Positions 1 to 40,203 of a stretch of 64,000 nt of DNA are shown here, piece after piece. Under the pieces are notes generated by a model. The model was not told the origin of the DNA and searched no databases. It saw only the letters and a list, made by a program, of their open reading frames with translations. The translations under genes were made by a program, and so were the position numbers. This DNA is from Amoebidium appalachense (taxonomy: Eukaryota; Protista; Ichthyosporea), in assembly GCA_963693365.1 (NCBI GenBank), contig CAVNZM010000002.1:4790259-4854258 (forward strand). The letters run 5' to 3'. Position 1 is the stretch's first letter; every line of letters begins with the position of its first letter.

Positions 1-12813
<12,813 letters not shown>

Positions 12814-13566
12814 ACGAAATTTCAAGTGGTGGTGTGTGGGGGTCCTGTTTGGATATGACAAGTAGACTGCGAAATTCTGGTGTGGCTGCCTCTTTTTTTG
12901 CGGAGGGGGGGGGGGGGGGGGGGTCTTGTTTCAATCACCCCTATGGTTTGCTTTGTAGCGCTTTAAGTTGAAGCTAACTCTAGATGTGGCGGCCTTTTCT
13001 TATTGACGAGATGTGTTATAAAATAGGCAGGTTGGTAACAGGCCCTCCCAAGGTTGTTGGCTTCGTCATTTTGACTGTTTCATGTTTGTGAAACGTTTTT
13101 AACTGTGGCCTGAAAACTACTACGGATCGTCGGTTTGTTGCGTGTTTTTTTTTTCTTTCTTTCTTTTTTTCTTTTTTTTTTTTCTTGTTTCTTTCTTTTT
13201 TTGTTTGTTTGTTTGTTTTTTTGCGCCCCTCCCCCCGAGGGGGAGGGGGGGGGGGGTCGAATGTTTTTTTTTTTTTTTTTTTTTTTATTGTTGTTGTTGT
13301 TGTTTCGATGACGTGTTGCCAGTGTTCAAGGAAGCCTTGTCACACTGAGCAGCGTTGTTTGATTGCTCCTAATTTATGGAAGACTCACTGTAGCCGTGGG
13401 CAAAGTTTTCCAGTCCCGGATGCCAAAGTTTTTATCATTTCACAGTGGCCTGAAATTATACTTGTCTTTCAAATTGCTGTTGTAAATAAACCTCAGCACT
13501 TCATAAACCTCTCGATTCACCCTACCCGGTAAGCGCCCAAATTGAATGGCATCACCCCCCTCCTTA

Positions 13567-13638
<72 letters not shown>

Positions 13639-15005
13639 AAAGTCGGCCAGCCTGCCTAATGGTAGATAGGTGCTTCAAATGTGCGAGGCCGGCCGCGACA
13701 GGCACACGCACATGCACTTGCAGTCACACACATGTACACACCCACACTGGAGTCACTGTGTAACCGCCTGAGTGCACAGCTAGGGCCCTGTCAGATCATG
13801 AAGGAACACACAGACTCGTTGCCCGGACTCCGGAACTTGCGGCCCAGTAACTCTAAGACTTCTTAGTCAACTTCAACTGCTTCACACCTCACTGTGGCGA
13901 TGCATGCACACTACAATATATTACTGGCGGAGTCAGGCTACCAGTGGATGGCTCAGCCTGAGAGTACCAAATTTAAAGAACTTCACCGAACAGTTAATAA
14001 CTAAAAGCAACTTTGTTTAACCGTTGCATGATTCCATTGAAAGAAAGTCACGCGGCACTGAGCTGATGTAATGTGGACTTAGAATAGGAGATCTAGCTAG
14101 TAACTACTACGGCTACGCCCGGGACCCCGGTGCCTGTCGGGGTCAGTCACTGCTGAGATCATATCGCTGCAGACTCTACGAAAATATCATGATGATAATG
14201 ACTTTAAGGTTTACTATATATTCTATTGTCACTGATACGAACCGCGCTGGCTATTTCAAACTTTGGTAGGGCCGTTCAACGGTTACAGGCGGTGTAGTGA
14301 AAAATGTACTTACCCGGACCCACTTATTAATATTTACTTTAGACAGTATAACAATCTCAGTAATGTAACAAAACATATCACACACATCCATTGGCAACTG
14401 CCGTAGCAGCTTCTGATACTGAGAGAGAACCGGTTGGGTCAGACACTATAATTAAATAAGTCTTTAAGTCTAGCCGTTTAAGTTGCCAATGAAAAAACGG
14501 TGTGACTGTTCAAAATGAAAATAATAATAAAAACTTCACAGTGTGCCACCTACATCACAGGCTAATGCTGTGCCGTGACCGTGACTGACAGCCAGTCACC
14601 GGTAGGTTTAGGCTAACTAGGAGAAATGGAACTCGGACTGAGTCGACTACAAACTTTAACTCATGATCATGATGCGGCGTTTACAAACAAATTATGCTAC
14701 ATAAATTATCACAATGACACTGATAATAGTAACTTGAATCATATTCGTTGTATTATATTGTGGATAAACCATTACGATGTGACTTTGAATAATCATAGTC
14801 GGGGCCGTCCATAGTGTCGTCTAATATTATAGAGACAATAATGAAATCACTGTGACGACTGGGTACTCTTATTTGCCTCTATATGGAATAATTAGTTGGC
14901 CAAAAAAAAAGTTGCCATACTATCTTGAAAAGGAATCTTTACGAGAATCAAGAGGCCGCTAATATACACTCACATCGGCATGGCAGCCTTAATACATTCA
15001 TGATG

Positions 15006-16577
15006 CTATTTATGGAACACGGACTGCCTGCGGTTTTGATTGGCCGAGACCTCCAACCTCTGCAGGGAATATGCTTGCCGGGTCATTTTGACGGCGTGCT
15101 TTCCGCTCATATGAAACTTAAGGCTCTTCCACGAGCAATACGACTTTTTGCAATCCGGCCCCTGCGTGCAGAAAAACACCCGAGGTTCGTCCATTTTCTC
15201 CCCCGCCCGGTTCAGGCCTGCAACCACAGATGATTTGGAATGCGATTTCCCGTTGGGCGGCGAACTTACCACATTAGGCAATATGGGGACCAATGCGGTT
15301 TGCCGAAGAGGTGCCGGGGACGTGTCCGTGGAAGGGGGGGGAGAGGCCGTCTCCATGGTGGCTGGTGATGACTGAGTAGATGAGAGCCGGTACGTGTGAG
15401 ATGAGGCGTTGTCGTAGATGGTGGGGGATCCCGTTGAAATTCCTGACAAAAAGAGGGGCTTTGGGGGGTTCATAAGGCCAGAAACATACGAAAAAACCCC
15501 AGGACCACCTCCCAGAAGCGTGGTTTGCGGGGGGTTCGTGTGATGTGCCGATGACGATAAAATAGAGTGTGTCTGTGTATGTAGTGTGCCGGGGGCACCG
15601 ATCCCGTTAGGCAAACACCCCATACGCATGGTGCCGATGGACTCAAATATGTCTGCCGGCTGTGTTGCAAAAGAAATATCAGCGGGCGGGGTTGCAACAT
15701 CGAAAAAAGAATCTGCGCTCACGGGCTCGGAGTAGGTGTTGAGGGGCGTGAGACGCAAAGAATCGAAATCGGCTCCCGAAAACTCATCCCTTCCGAAAAC
15801 TTCACCACCGACAACACTGGGGACCCCGAACTCCGAGCCGAGCTGCGCCGATGAACACACCGAAAGGGTGGGCAACATAGTTGGTGTTGGTGCTTGTTGA
15901 TCTGTAGACGCAACCAAACTTGTCATTGCACTGTTTCCAAAGGCTGCGTTCGCTGCCTCTTGGCCCTTGTGTGTCATTTCAATGACGTTTTCGACAAGCA
16001 GCGAATCTAAGAATGTCATTATTAAAATTTGCTCCTGTGAGCAGGCATTAGCACTCAGCGTTGACAGCGGGAGTTGCGGGCTCGGATTTTCGGGGGTGAA
16101 CGTCCCATCACTATTTCCGCCGCTGAGGCACATGTTGACGTTAGGTTTGTAAGATGCATGGAACATGGCATCGATAGACAGGGTCGAGCCTCTGTCCCGC
16201 TGTGCACTACTCAGTCCCGCTACGGCGCAGGAAAGTAATTCCAACTCCGCCGTCCGACTCAGCGACGGGCTGCATCTGGTGAAAACATTGGCGCAGGCTG
16301 GTGCTGAATTCCTTCGAGCCACCTTCATGTTTTGCCTCCGAAACTGGGTCACTGAGTCTCTCTTTGGGGTAGCAAATGAGATGTCTCCCTGCATTTTCAA
16401 ACTTTCCCTCCTCAGAACACGGCCTCTGTTGCTTGCAGGGCGGTCGCTCATGCTGGCACAGGTGTCCGTCTTGGGTACAAACATAACGAACGTGAGTTGT
16501 CGGTCTTGTCTGCTTATGTGCTCGCCTGTGTCTTTTGTGTGTTCAAAGTGTCCAAAAGGCGTTGCCATCATGGCCAT
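15006..16577 (-). CDS. Intronless ~523-aa Ser/Pro/Thr-rich protein with one C-terminal C2H2 zinc finger (putative transcription factor)
   Basis: Long uninterrupted non-repetitive ORF; first ATG at 16577; FFCTQGPDCKKSYCSWKSLKFHMSGKH fits F-x-C-x4-C-x3-Y-x5-L-x2-H-x4-H. Confidence 0.7.
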   Translation of the reverse strand: MAMMATPFGHFEHTKDTGEHISRQDRQLTFVMFVPKTDTCASMSDRPASNRGRVLRRESLKMQGDISFATPKRDSVTQFRRQNMKVARRNSAPACANVFTRCSPSLSRTAELELLSCAVAGLSSAQRDRGSTLSIDAMFHASYKPNVNMCLSGGNSDGTFTPENPSPQLPLSTLSANACSQEQILIMTFLDSLLVENVIEMTHKGQEAANAAFGNSAMTSLVASTDQQAPTPTMLPTLSVCSSAQLGSEFGVPSVVGGEVFGRDEFSGADFDSLRLTPLNTYSEPVSADSFFDVATPPADISFATQPADIFESIGTMRMGCLPNGIGAPGTLHTQTHSILSSSAHHTNPPQTTLLGGGPGVFSYVSGLMNPPKPLFLSGISTGSPTIYDNASSHTYRLSSTQSSPATMETASPPPSTDTSPAPLRQTALVPILPNVVSSPPNGKSHSKSSVVAGLNRAGEKMDEPRVFFCTQGPDCKKSYCSWKSLKFHMSGKHAVKMTRQAYSLQRLEVSANQNRRQSVFHK

Positions 16578-19500
16578 TTTAGAGTCCCGAGTCACAGTGA
16601 GACGGTACTATGAAACACTCGCTGTGGCACACCCAACTTCGGTATATGGTTAGGAAAGGATCCCGGCGGACGCAGGCACAGAATGTGCCACGGATGGCAT
16701 CTGCAAACTAATAACAACTTGACGGTACTAGTGGAATATAAAGCACTAGTGTGATCTACTGTTCGGTACACGGTTCAACTTGCCTGACTCGGAGTCACTG
16801 TGGCTGCAACCCCTCCCCCCTGAGTCAGTAGTCTAAAGAGTAATAACCGGGAACGGTTGCCGCCATTCAATTGGAAACCCTGAAATTATACAATAGCAGT
16901 ATAATAGCCCTACTAGTAGCCCAAGCAGTTGTGCACACATGCGACGGTCACGGCTCGCCTGTTGACAACGTCACGGAACCTCTGCAGCCTGAGTGGCACA
17001 ACAAAAATTCGCCAGTGAAGAAAACACGACCGTCAACGTAAGGCATGCCTACACGTTTCATTTTGGCATCAGATGGGTGACATAACTTGGGGCACGATCC
17101 GGTCGTCGGACTCCCGTGGCCAGAGGCCGTTACTCTAAGGAATGCATGACGCCATGGAACTATACATGGAAATACCCACCTAGAAATACAGTCCTAATAG
17201 TAAAATAATGTTCATTATAAAAGTTACAGAAGTTTCAACAAAACTTGTTATGTTGTTGTAAATACATATAGGGTTTAAACTAATATATAAAGCACCAGGG
17301 GACTCGGGAATGAGGCTGCGTGCGCACGGTGCATCTTATTACGGGATTGGAATTCAAACTTTTGCAGGCTCCCGATAGCATCGGGACACATTTGGATAGA
17401 TTGCCACATGCACATTATAATAATTATAATAACGACATCGATATCGGATCACGTTGCCAGGGTCGTGGGATGCACGTTTATATTTCTTATGTATAGTGAA
17501 ATGGAAAGGAATATTAGTGAAGCTCTAGTTTTAATAATGCCCACGTCACAACTTATAAAAATACTCATCCGGAAAAACTAAACATATAACTTCAGTCCAC
17601 GTGCACCGTGGCACCGCATGGGGGAATCATTAATTGTTCATTGGTCAGGCCGGCCCGGGCCTATCTAATGCAACAATTTTTCGGGATATCGTTGATATTG
17701 TGCGTAGCCTAATCCCCCAGCCGCGGCCCGGCGAACAAACAGTTTTCTGTTGCACACAAACCACATGATGCAAAAGTAAAGTTATTTGGTAGATATTATT
17801 CATATACCCACTTTGGCGAAAAACCTGCCTATACAAAAGGCACTTCGTTTTTTATTGTGCCATGCGCCACCTACTGGGTATATCCGGCGCGCGGTTGACC
17901 GTCACGAGTGTCACTGAGCCTGAGGCTAGGCTAAGTTAGGATTATTAGCTATGATTGTAGTATGTAGCTATGGGCCTGAGATGCTGTCTGCTGCAAAAAA
18001 ATCGAAACGACGGGCTCTCCAGAGGGTTTATAAATAGAGATATAACGGTTTATAAACCTTTATTTCTGATAGACTCATGCTGTAATCACCAATTCTCCTC
18101 ACCATAAAACTGGTCCCCCGAGAACACGGTGGCCTAAACCAGGCTTATTCAATGGAAAGATATGCAAGTATGCACGGCATACTTAGGAGTGATTAATTGA
18201 GTGACTCAACGACTCAAGATCCCAAAAAACAAAAAGATAAGAAGATTTTCACTTACTTATAAAAAACAGTGTAACAATTTTGTTTTTGATTTTTACATTT
18301 TAGAAAATACAGATGATGCTACGGTATCTTTTTGCTTGACTTTTGCTTGACTTTACCAAACAGGCTATTGAAATACATTTGATATATTAATAAGTCCAGT
18401 TGCTGCGGCTAGAACCGTAGGATAAGGCGTAACTAAAAATAGTGCCAGTTGGGGTCAATTAGAATCCTGACTTATGAGTGTGCTACAGTACGATCTGTGT
18501 CTAGGCGGAAGACGGTAAGCTCCCCTGAGGCAGTGCCTCGCCGGGAGTGAAACGGGATAAAAAAAAATAATAAAAAATTAATAGGTCCAAATAACAAAAA
18601 GTGCATTCGAATTTTCGAATGCCGGCGACAACGACGGTTGGCGGACCTGAAAATAAAATTTATATTTTTCGAAATTCACGTACGTACAAGAATTCTATCC
18701 GGCCTCTGCAGCGATGCAGAAGCGAGAATTTATCAGCGGTTATGTGTCAAAACAACAACTTGAAACACTATTTTTTAGCTGGTTATATAGGTGATATTGA
18801 TAGCTACTATGTGCAAGGCTTGGCCAACACGCCATTACAAGATATAAAGCTACGTGTATTCTAATGCATTTCGATAGTCGGAAAATAAGTGTACTGGGCA
18901 CCCGTATGGGGTGTAGGAGGATTATATCAATGCACCAGTTATCACATTCCTTACTTATCTTCCGCTATTGTAGCCAATCAGCATCCACCATTCCGTTACA
19001 AGTTGCGAAGCCGGCGGCTCGTCAGGTGATAATGGAAGGAGGGCATGTCATAAATAGCATCCCGTATATATTCTCATCGCCTAATTCTCATATACATATA
19101 GATCTATTCCCTAAATCATCAGTAGGGTCCTATATAGCCATTAGTACGCCTACAAATGTATGGCGCTTTATCAACTTTCGCCAGTATCAGTAATACATCC
19201 CACGGCCGGAGATGAATGTGACGTCATTTTGCAAGTATGGAGTCAATGCGCCGGTAGGCCTACCGTAAGTTGTACTTGCCGCCGATGCCATTTATCACGT
19301 CGGATGTGTAAACACCATTTATCACGACGGTCCGCTGCATGCATGCGTGCACGGTGTCAGTCAGCGTAGCGCGTCTGCCGACAAAGTTTACTTGTTTACG
19401 AGCAATCAAAACTCAGGTTGAACTTCGGAGCTAGCGCTGCAAAGGACTATCATAATGACTGAAAGACCAAAGCCAACACCACTTCGCTAATGTATTACGT

Positions 19501-19984
19501 GTACGGCCTTACGTACGTATGTATACAGTAACCACTGCATGCACTCATGATTTGGCAACCCGGGGGTCGCATATGGTTCTAACTTACTTGTTTGTGGCCA
19601 GCCATGGTCACGGTGGTGGCGATGGGAGGTTGGCCGCGGACTGTGGCCTCGGCCAGGGAGGGGGCACGCCGGCTGAGTCAAGAATAGTCTAGCTATGAAC
19701 CTCGACTTCTGAATCACAGAGTGATATTTACTAATTAACACGCCGGCGGGTGGTGGTGGTGGGGGGGGGTGGGGGGGGCCGGGGGGGGAGAAAGGAGGGG
19801 AGGGGAGGGGGGGGGGGGGAGGGGGGGAGGGGGGGGGAGGGGGGGGGGGGGGGGGGGGAGACGGGAGCGGGATGATCAGACTGAGTGGCCGGCCCGACCG
19901 GGCTGTCGCCATGCATATGATATCGCCGCCGGTTTACATCATAGTAATTGGCCCACGGTGCAAGATCGGACACGGTGCGGACCT

Positions 19985-20910
19985 GGCTCTATGCGCCTTT
20001 AAATCTGTGCGAAAATGTGTGCATATATCTGTGTGTACATTTGGATTTTGTGTTCGTTTGTCACTGGATGTGTTTGTGTGCCGTGCACGGTGCACGTGTG
20101 TGTGCCGGTGTGTGCATCACAATGTGTGTGCACATGTGTGTGTGTGTGTGTGTGTGTACGGTGTGATCTCGAGTGTCCGTGTCACGGTGCACGGTGTGTC
20201 AGTGCCGAGTCCCTCCCCCATCCCCCCCCCCCCCACTCCCCCCGGCCCCTCGCTCACTGACAGGGGCCCCCCTTCCCCCCTTCCCCCCCCCCCCCCCCCT
20301 CCCCTCTCCCCCCGGCCCCTCGCTCACTGACAGGGGCCCCCTTCCCCCCCCCCCCCTCCCCCCCCCCCCCCCCCCCTCTCGGAGTCCCTCCCCCCACAAA
20401 AAAGAAAAAAAAAAGGAAGAAAACTCCCAAAAAAAAAAAAAAAAAAAAAAAAAAAGACGCACTGAAAAAGGAACCCGTGACAGGACAGGGGGGGGCCGTG
20501 GAGGGTTGGGGGATCGAGAGGGGGGGGGGGGGGGGGGGGGGGGGGGAGGGGGGGGAGGGGGGGGGGGGGGGGGGGATTCCGAAGGGAACACACTCAGCTG
20601 GTCTGGCTCATTGGGGGCTGTGCATTGAAACGTGTGCATGTGGCACGGTGTCTTTCCTTGCATGTGTACGGTTGGGTTTTGGGTTCGTTTGACTGGGTGT
20701 GTTTGTGTGTCACGGTGTGGTGTGTGTGTGTGTGCACGTGTGTGCATCACAGCGTGTGTGTGTGTGTGTGTGCGTGTCTGGCTCCCGGACCGTGTCACGG
20801 TGCACCGTGTGTGTGTGTGTGTCTCCCCCCCCCCCACCCCCCTCTCCACCCCAGTGTCCTGTGCCACTGGGTCCTTTTTCTGGGCTGCCTTTTTTTTCTT
20901 TTCTTTTTTT

Positions 20911-20954
<44 letters not shown>

Positions 20955-21120
20955 GGATGAGGATGATAGGCTCTGTGCGAAAATGTGTGCCGCATGATGT
21001 GTCTGTGTGTACAATTGGATTTTGTGTTCGTTTGTCACTGGTTGTGTTTGTTTGCGTGGTGTGTGTGTGCCGTGTGGACGTGTGTATCACAATGTGTGTG
21101 TGCGAGTGTGTGTGTCTCCA
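19985..21120. repeat. Three diverged copies of a ~150-bp TG-rich unit separated by G/C tracts
   Basis: Unit ...GTGTACA(T/A)TTGGATTTTGTGTTCGTTTGTCACTGG...GCATCACAATGTGTG at ~19985-20130, ~20640-20760 and ~20968-21100. Confidence 0.75.
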
Positions 21121-21626
21121 TGAAACGGCGCACGTTTTGTGTGTGTGTTTGCCCTCTCCCCCCTCGTCCCCTCCCGCCCCCACCACCGCCACCACCAAAG
21201 AAAAAGAAAAGAAAAAATAAACTCCCGCACGCTCACAGAATAAGGACCCACAGGGCCGGGGGGGGAGGGGGGAGGGGGGAGGAATTAAATGATGAACCCT
21301 GTAGCCGAGAAACTTTTATAAACCCCGGTAAACCGTATATTATTATAATCCAATCCTGTTATTCTGAAAGGGAGTGACTTCTGTAAGGATATTTTCAATT
21401 CAATTTGCAACGGGGGGGCCCCGGGGGGGAAGAACCTTTAATAGAAAATATCGACCGGTACCCCCTAGTGGTACCCCCCTCCCCCCGCCCCTCCCCCCCC
21501 CCCCCCCCCCCTTTTGAAGGTAGCCGCTGCCAGGGGTGCCGCTGGATGGGTCCCCCCCAGCCCCCCCCCCCCCCCCCCCCCGAGGGGGGAGGGACCCACC
21601 TGGCTCCGAGTGGGGTGGTGCCCTCG

Positions 21627-21697
<71 letters not shown>

Positions 21698-23001
21698 CCG
21701 GTCGTCCGCATCCGTGTGATTATGGTATTAGAGAATCTCTTTTCCACACCACCAAAGGCGACAACTTGTATTCCTTTTTTTTTTTTTTTTTTTTTTTTTT
21801 TTCCCGGGCCGGAGCATTTGCCTCTGCCCAGTGACCACTAACGTCTTTGCCAGTGGCCACTGACGTGTTTGCCACAGGAGGTGTGTGGGGGGGAGTCTGA
21901 GTCAAACGTTGATCTCTAAGATTCCAGCAGTTGCAACTGCCTTGGCTGCCTGAGTCTGGCTGACTCCGCTCGGACGGTCAGTCTGGCAATCCGAGTTGTA
22001 TATATGACACGGTCACCAAAAAATAAACTTTAATACATCATGCTGCACCGGCTAACTTCCGAGGATTGACCCCCGCTCGGGGTGACTCTCCAAACTTTGA
22101 ATTTTGAAATGAAATTCGTAGAATTATCGACTCAGTTGGACCCCCAAAGTGACCCCCCTCCCCCGGACAACCCCCCCCCCCCCCCCCAAAAAAAAAAAAA
22201 AAGAAAAAAAACTGCACCATATATAGGCAAAGCCAACCATAAACCTCTGACGTCAGTATGACATCACCAAAATCACAATGACGTAACGGCGTCACGGCGA
22301 GAATGCCGACATAGGCCTTAATTGATAAAATGATAAAATGGCACATGCACGCGTACAACGACCCATGTGCACACCGGTCCGTTGGGAAGAAGCGAAAAAT
22401 TAGTATCCGTCACACTACATAGCCTTCATCTGCCAACAGCACTTAAAGCGGAGCAATGCGAGCTTATTGGACCATATCAAATTTATTTCGTTTTTAGAAA
22501 ACTTTTAGGGATTCAATAGTCACTAACCTGAGGCACTTGAACATCCTTGATGATTAGGTGCCGCACGGCTGAATCATTCTGATGATGTGCAAACTGTAAC
22601 AGTTACACACACACTCATATTTATTATTCAATTCTTGAAGTATCACGCATGATGCGTATAAATAGTTTTTATGCCGGGCCGGGCATTCGGTGAGGCGGCA
22701 CGCTACTTGGATATGCATTCACCCAAATGAATTGAATCGGTGATGTAATTGCAGAAGACTTCATAGTTTTGGTTAGTAAATAGTTATCACCGTAGCCTAA
22801 AAGAATCAATACAGGCCCCACTTCAATGAAAGAGGCGCTGCACACTCAGTGACTGCGGCCGAATGATTTATTTAGGTTGAAGTTGTGCAACGAATGTAGC
22901 TAGCCTAAGTACTTACTAAGGGTGTACAATCGAATTCGTTTTCAGAGCATCATGCTAGTACATGGCAAAACAGCCTACGGTACATTGATGATCAGTCAAG
23001 C

Positions 23002-23032
<31 letters not shown>

Positions 23033-23071
23033 CACCACCACCACCCCCCACCCCAAACTTTCGTGCGGCGT

Positions 23072-23104
<33 letters not shown>

Positions 23105-23107
23105 CGC

Positions 23108-23171
<64 letters not shown>

Positions 23172-23243
23172 CACACCAGCCATCGGGCATCCAACCACCT
23201 ACACTGTGACGTCGACAGGGACTACCTCTCCACACCCGCCCAA

Positions 23244-23278
<35 letters not shown>

Positions 23279-23310
23279 GGAAACAAAAAAAATTGTGACG
23301 CATCATCAGT

Positions 23311-31908
<8,598 letters not shown>

Positions 31909-33216
31909 TTTTCGAGGTGATTTGCAAACAAGGAAAGAAACACCCAAAGAAAAACGCAATGCTCAACACCTGTTGTTTTGTTGGGAGGCAGGAAACACCG
32001 AGTCGCCCGTGAGTGAGTGAGTGATTCTAGTGTTCTTGGATCCGTTCAGAAGATTCAAGATCTGCCCCCGCTGATGATGTTGGAAGGTGTGTGAACATCG
32101 AAGAACTAATAGAAAATTGTTGTTCACACCGTATTCAGCAACACAGTGTTAAGTAGGTTAGATCGCACCAAGGGGAAAGAATGGATCCGAGTCTTAAAAC
32201 TCGGAGCCAGGTCACCTAACCTAACGAAGCTACTTTTGGAGCTGGATCCAGTTAAACGGAAACAGGTAGGAAGGGGGGAAATGGGACCAACAGGGAACAA
32301 AGCCACCATATACAGGGCGTATGTGTGTTTTTGAGCCAGAAACTATGTAGAAAAGTCCTCTGGCTATTTTTTTCTCTGGACTCTCTGACTGAGTGCTTGG
32401 TTTCTTCGCTCGGGGGGAGCCCGGTGGGTTGGCGCGGAGCTTGAGCGGGATCTGGAGTGGACACTGTTTGATTTTTGGGCCACCAAAATGACCAATCACG
32501 AAGGAGATTAATAATTATTTATTGGAGCGCACAAAGCCCGCGAAGATCTGGCCAATCAGAGAAGACTTTGTTACCAAGTTGATCATCCGGCACAGTTCCG
32601 AGAACCTTCAGCTAGCGTTGCTTTGTATGTCTCTTTACAGAGAGAATAGTGGCAAGGAATTGGCAGACTTCCTCACAATTCTACGTTCTTCAGATATACA
32701 GATGTATTATGTTCTTTTCAAACTAATACTGATGTGTCCGACATATGATGTCCGCTGTTGCTTTTTCAATAACCATATATGGCAAGAACGCTTTCATAGG
32801 AATGTGCCACCCATTACTGGCAGGGCTCGAAGCTTTTTTCCCTTCCTAATATCTATTTCTGCCCAGGAAGCCATGTACCCGCTACAAGTCATTGCAGTAA
32901 AAATTATATCCTGCTTATATATATTCAATAAATAATGTTCAATGTGATATCAACGTTTTTTTATGTGATAAATCATCATCAAAACTTAAAGCCCTGTCTT
33001 GGTTTTTCTCAGTTTCAAGACTCTGAGCCCCGTCGTGAGCCACCGCGAAAAAGACTGTTGCTGCAATGACGTCATTCAGATAAATAAACTGTATTGTGAA
33101 TCAGTAACTCAGCTTCTACCAATGTAGACTAATTATTCACTCATGAGCCACGAAAGGGAAATCGCAAAACTTTTTTTCTTGTCAGATGTCAGGAGGAGAA
33201 TCGTTGAACTGAAACC
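31909..33216. promoter_or_regulatory. Divergent (bidirectional) promoter region between BAR-SH3 and GPx genes
   Basis: Head-to-head start codons 1.3 kb apart; microsatellite-free; CCAAT boxes at ~32492, ~32521 (reverse) and ~32553; CRE palindrome TGACGTCA at ~33067. Confidence 0.5.
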
Positions 33217-38802
<5,586 letters not shown>

Positions 38803-38825
38803 AAAGCTCAAGCCTGTCGGTCTGT

Positions 38826-38856
<31 letters not shown>

Positions 38857-39251
38857 TTCCTCCACCTCCTCCTTCCCGTTTTTCATTTTAACACATGAAC
38901 ACGGGCGATTACTCGTGGACATTGGCTTGCACATGCACACCAAACAAGAAACACTAAACCCGTAAATAAGAAATGAAAGGGAAAGGGAAGGAAACGGAGA
39001 AAAATTTGAACGAACATGTAATCATTTACCCACACACGATTGCTGAATATTGACAACTTGATACCCCCCCCCCCCCCTCCCCCCCTCGGGGTCCGGCCCC
39101 CCTGCAAACCTACATACACCCCGCATCCCATACGCACACATGCCAGCATGGAGGCATAAAGCCACACTCATGCACATGCACATGCACATATACGCACACA
39201 CACACGAACACATGTACACACACGCACACACACACGTGCGCACACACACGT

Positions 39252-39326
<75 letters not shown>

Positions 39327-39370
39327 GGCAACGAACAAAGTGTATCCAGGGAGCGACATCCTTGACCGCC

Positions 39371-39480
39371 CATCTACCAACCCAATGACGCCACTTGCAC
39401 AAAGGTCTTCAGGCCCTGCAACGATTGGCTGATTGTTAAATTAGAAAATTTAACGTTGGGAAGTGGTTGGACAAAGATAG
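39371..39480 (+). promoter_or_regulatory. Eukaryotic type II SECIS element in the GPx 3' UTR
   Basis: ATGAC core (39385-39389); helix II GCCAcTTGCA / TGCAAcgatTGGC; unpaired AAA 11 nt after the core (39401-39403); apical mini-stem GGTC-TTCA-GGCC; TGAT partner of the quartet (39430-39433). Confidence 0.88.
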
Positions 39481-40167
39481 TTCTGCTTAGTGGATATGTT
39501 TTGTTTTGGTGTCAACGGCAGGCCTACACACAGAGTATACACACGCTATATACATCTGTACAGTGAAGTGTGCAACAGTACGTTACACGGAAAAGTTGTA
39601 TGACACAGACAGCCACCCACATATGGATATCCGCTCTATATGCGATTGCTGTGTGACATGTAACTTTCCCAGTAAAATGTCGGCATACAGTATAGTGTCT
39701 GAAGGTTGCTAATTTCGGTTACATAAATGAAAGACCATAGCCGAACAACCGAACATCGATTCCCCCCCGCCCTCCCCCCCCCTCCCCCCCCCCCTTCAAC
39801 CCGCCACCACCACGTGCACGTACCACCACCCTCCCTCACCGGGCCCCCTGCATGCCCTCTAGTCTAATATCTTCCCATTCCACAAGAGCACACACAAATG
39901 ACTACACAGCTGCATGGACAACAACCCTGTATAAACCATATCCGTGGGTAAACGGTGTGTGTGCACGTGCAGTGTACATACGTATGCACGTGTATGTTTT
40001 TTTTTTTTGTGTGTGTGTGTAGTGTGTGTTTTGGGGGGAAAGGAGGGTGGGGTCACTGTGTGCATATCGTACACAGTGTGTGTTCGTGTGTGTCTGTCAG
40101 CCTCTTGACTCAGAGTCTAATTGCGCATGTACATATGTGAGTTCTACCACCTACTGAGGCGGTGTCT

Positions 40168-40203
<36 letters not shown>

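Noticed and set aside
13310-13545. Possible orphan exon or transposon fragment downstream of ChAPs
   Set aside because: A splice-like AG...GTGAGT exists on the minus strand, but there is no recognisable protein and no partner exons.
14537-16600. RAG/Transib RSS-like CACAGTG heptamers
   Set aside because: No nonamer at 12/23 spacing, no paired termini and no transposase; treated as part of the short-motif clusters.
32522-32935. 137-aa ORF in the divergent promoter region
   Set aside because: Non-ATG start, no recognisable motif and no supporting splice structure.
38894-38922. Alternative SECIS at ATGAACACGGG...CTCGTGGA
   Set aside because: Helix II is only 6 bp, there is no apical AA at the right distance, and it falls in the probable UTR intron.
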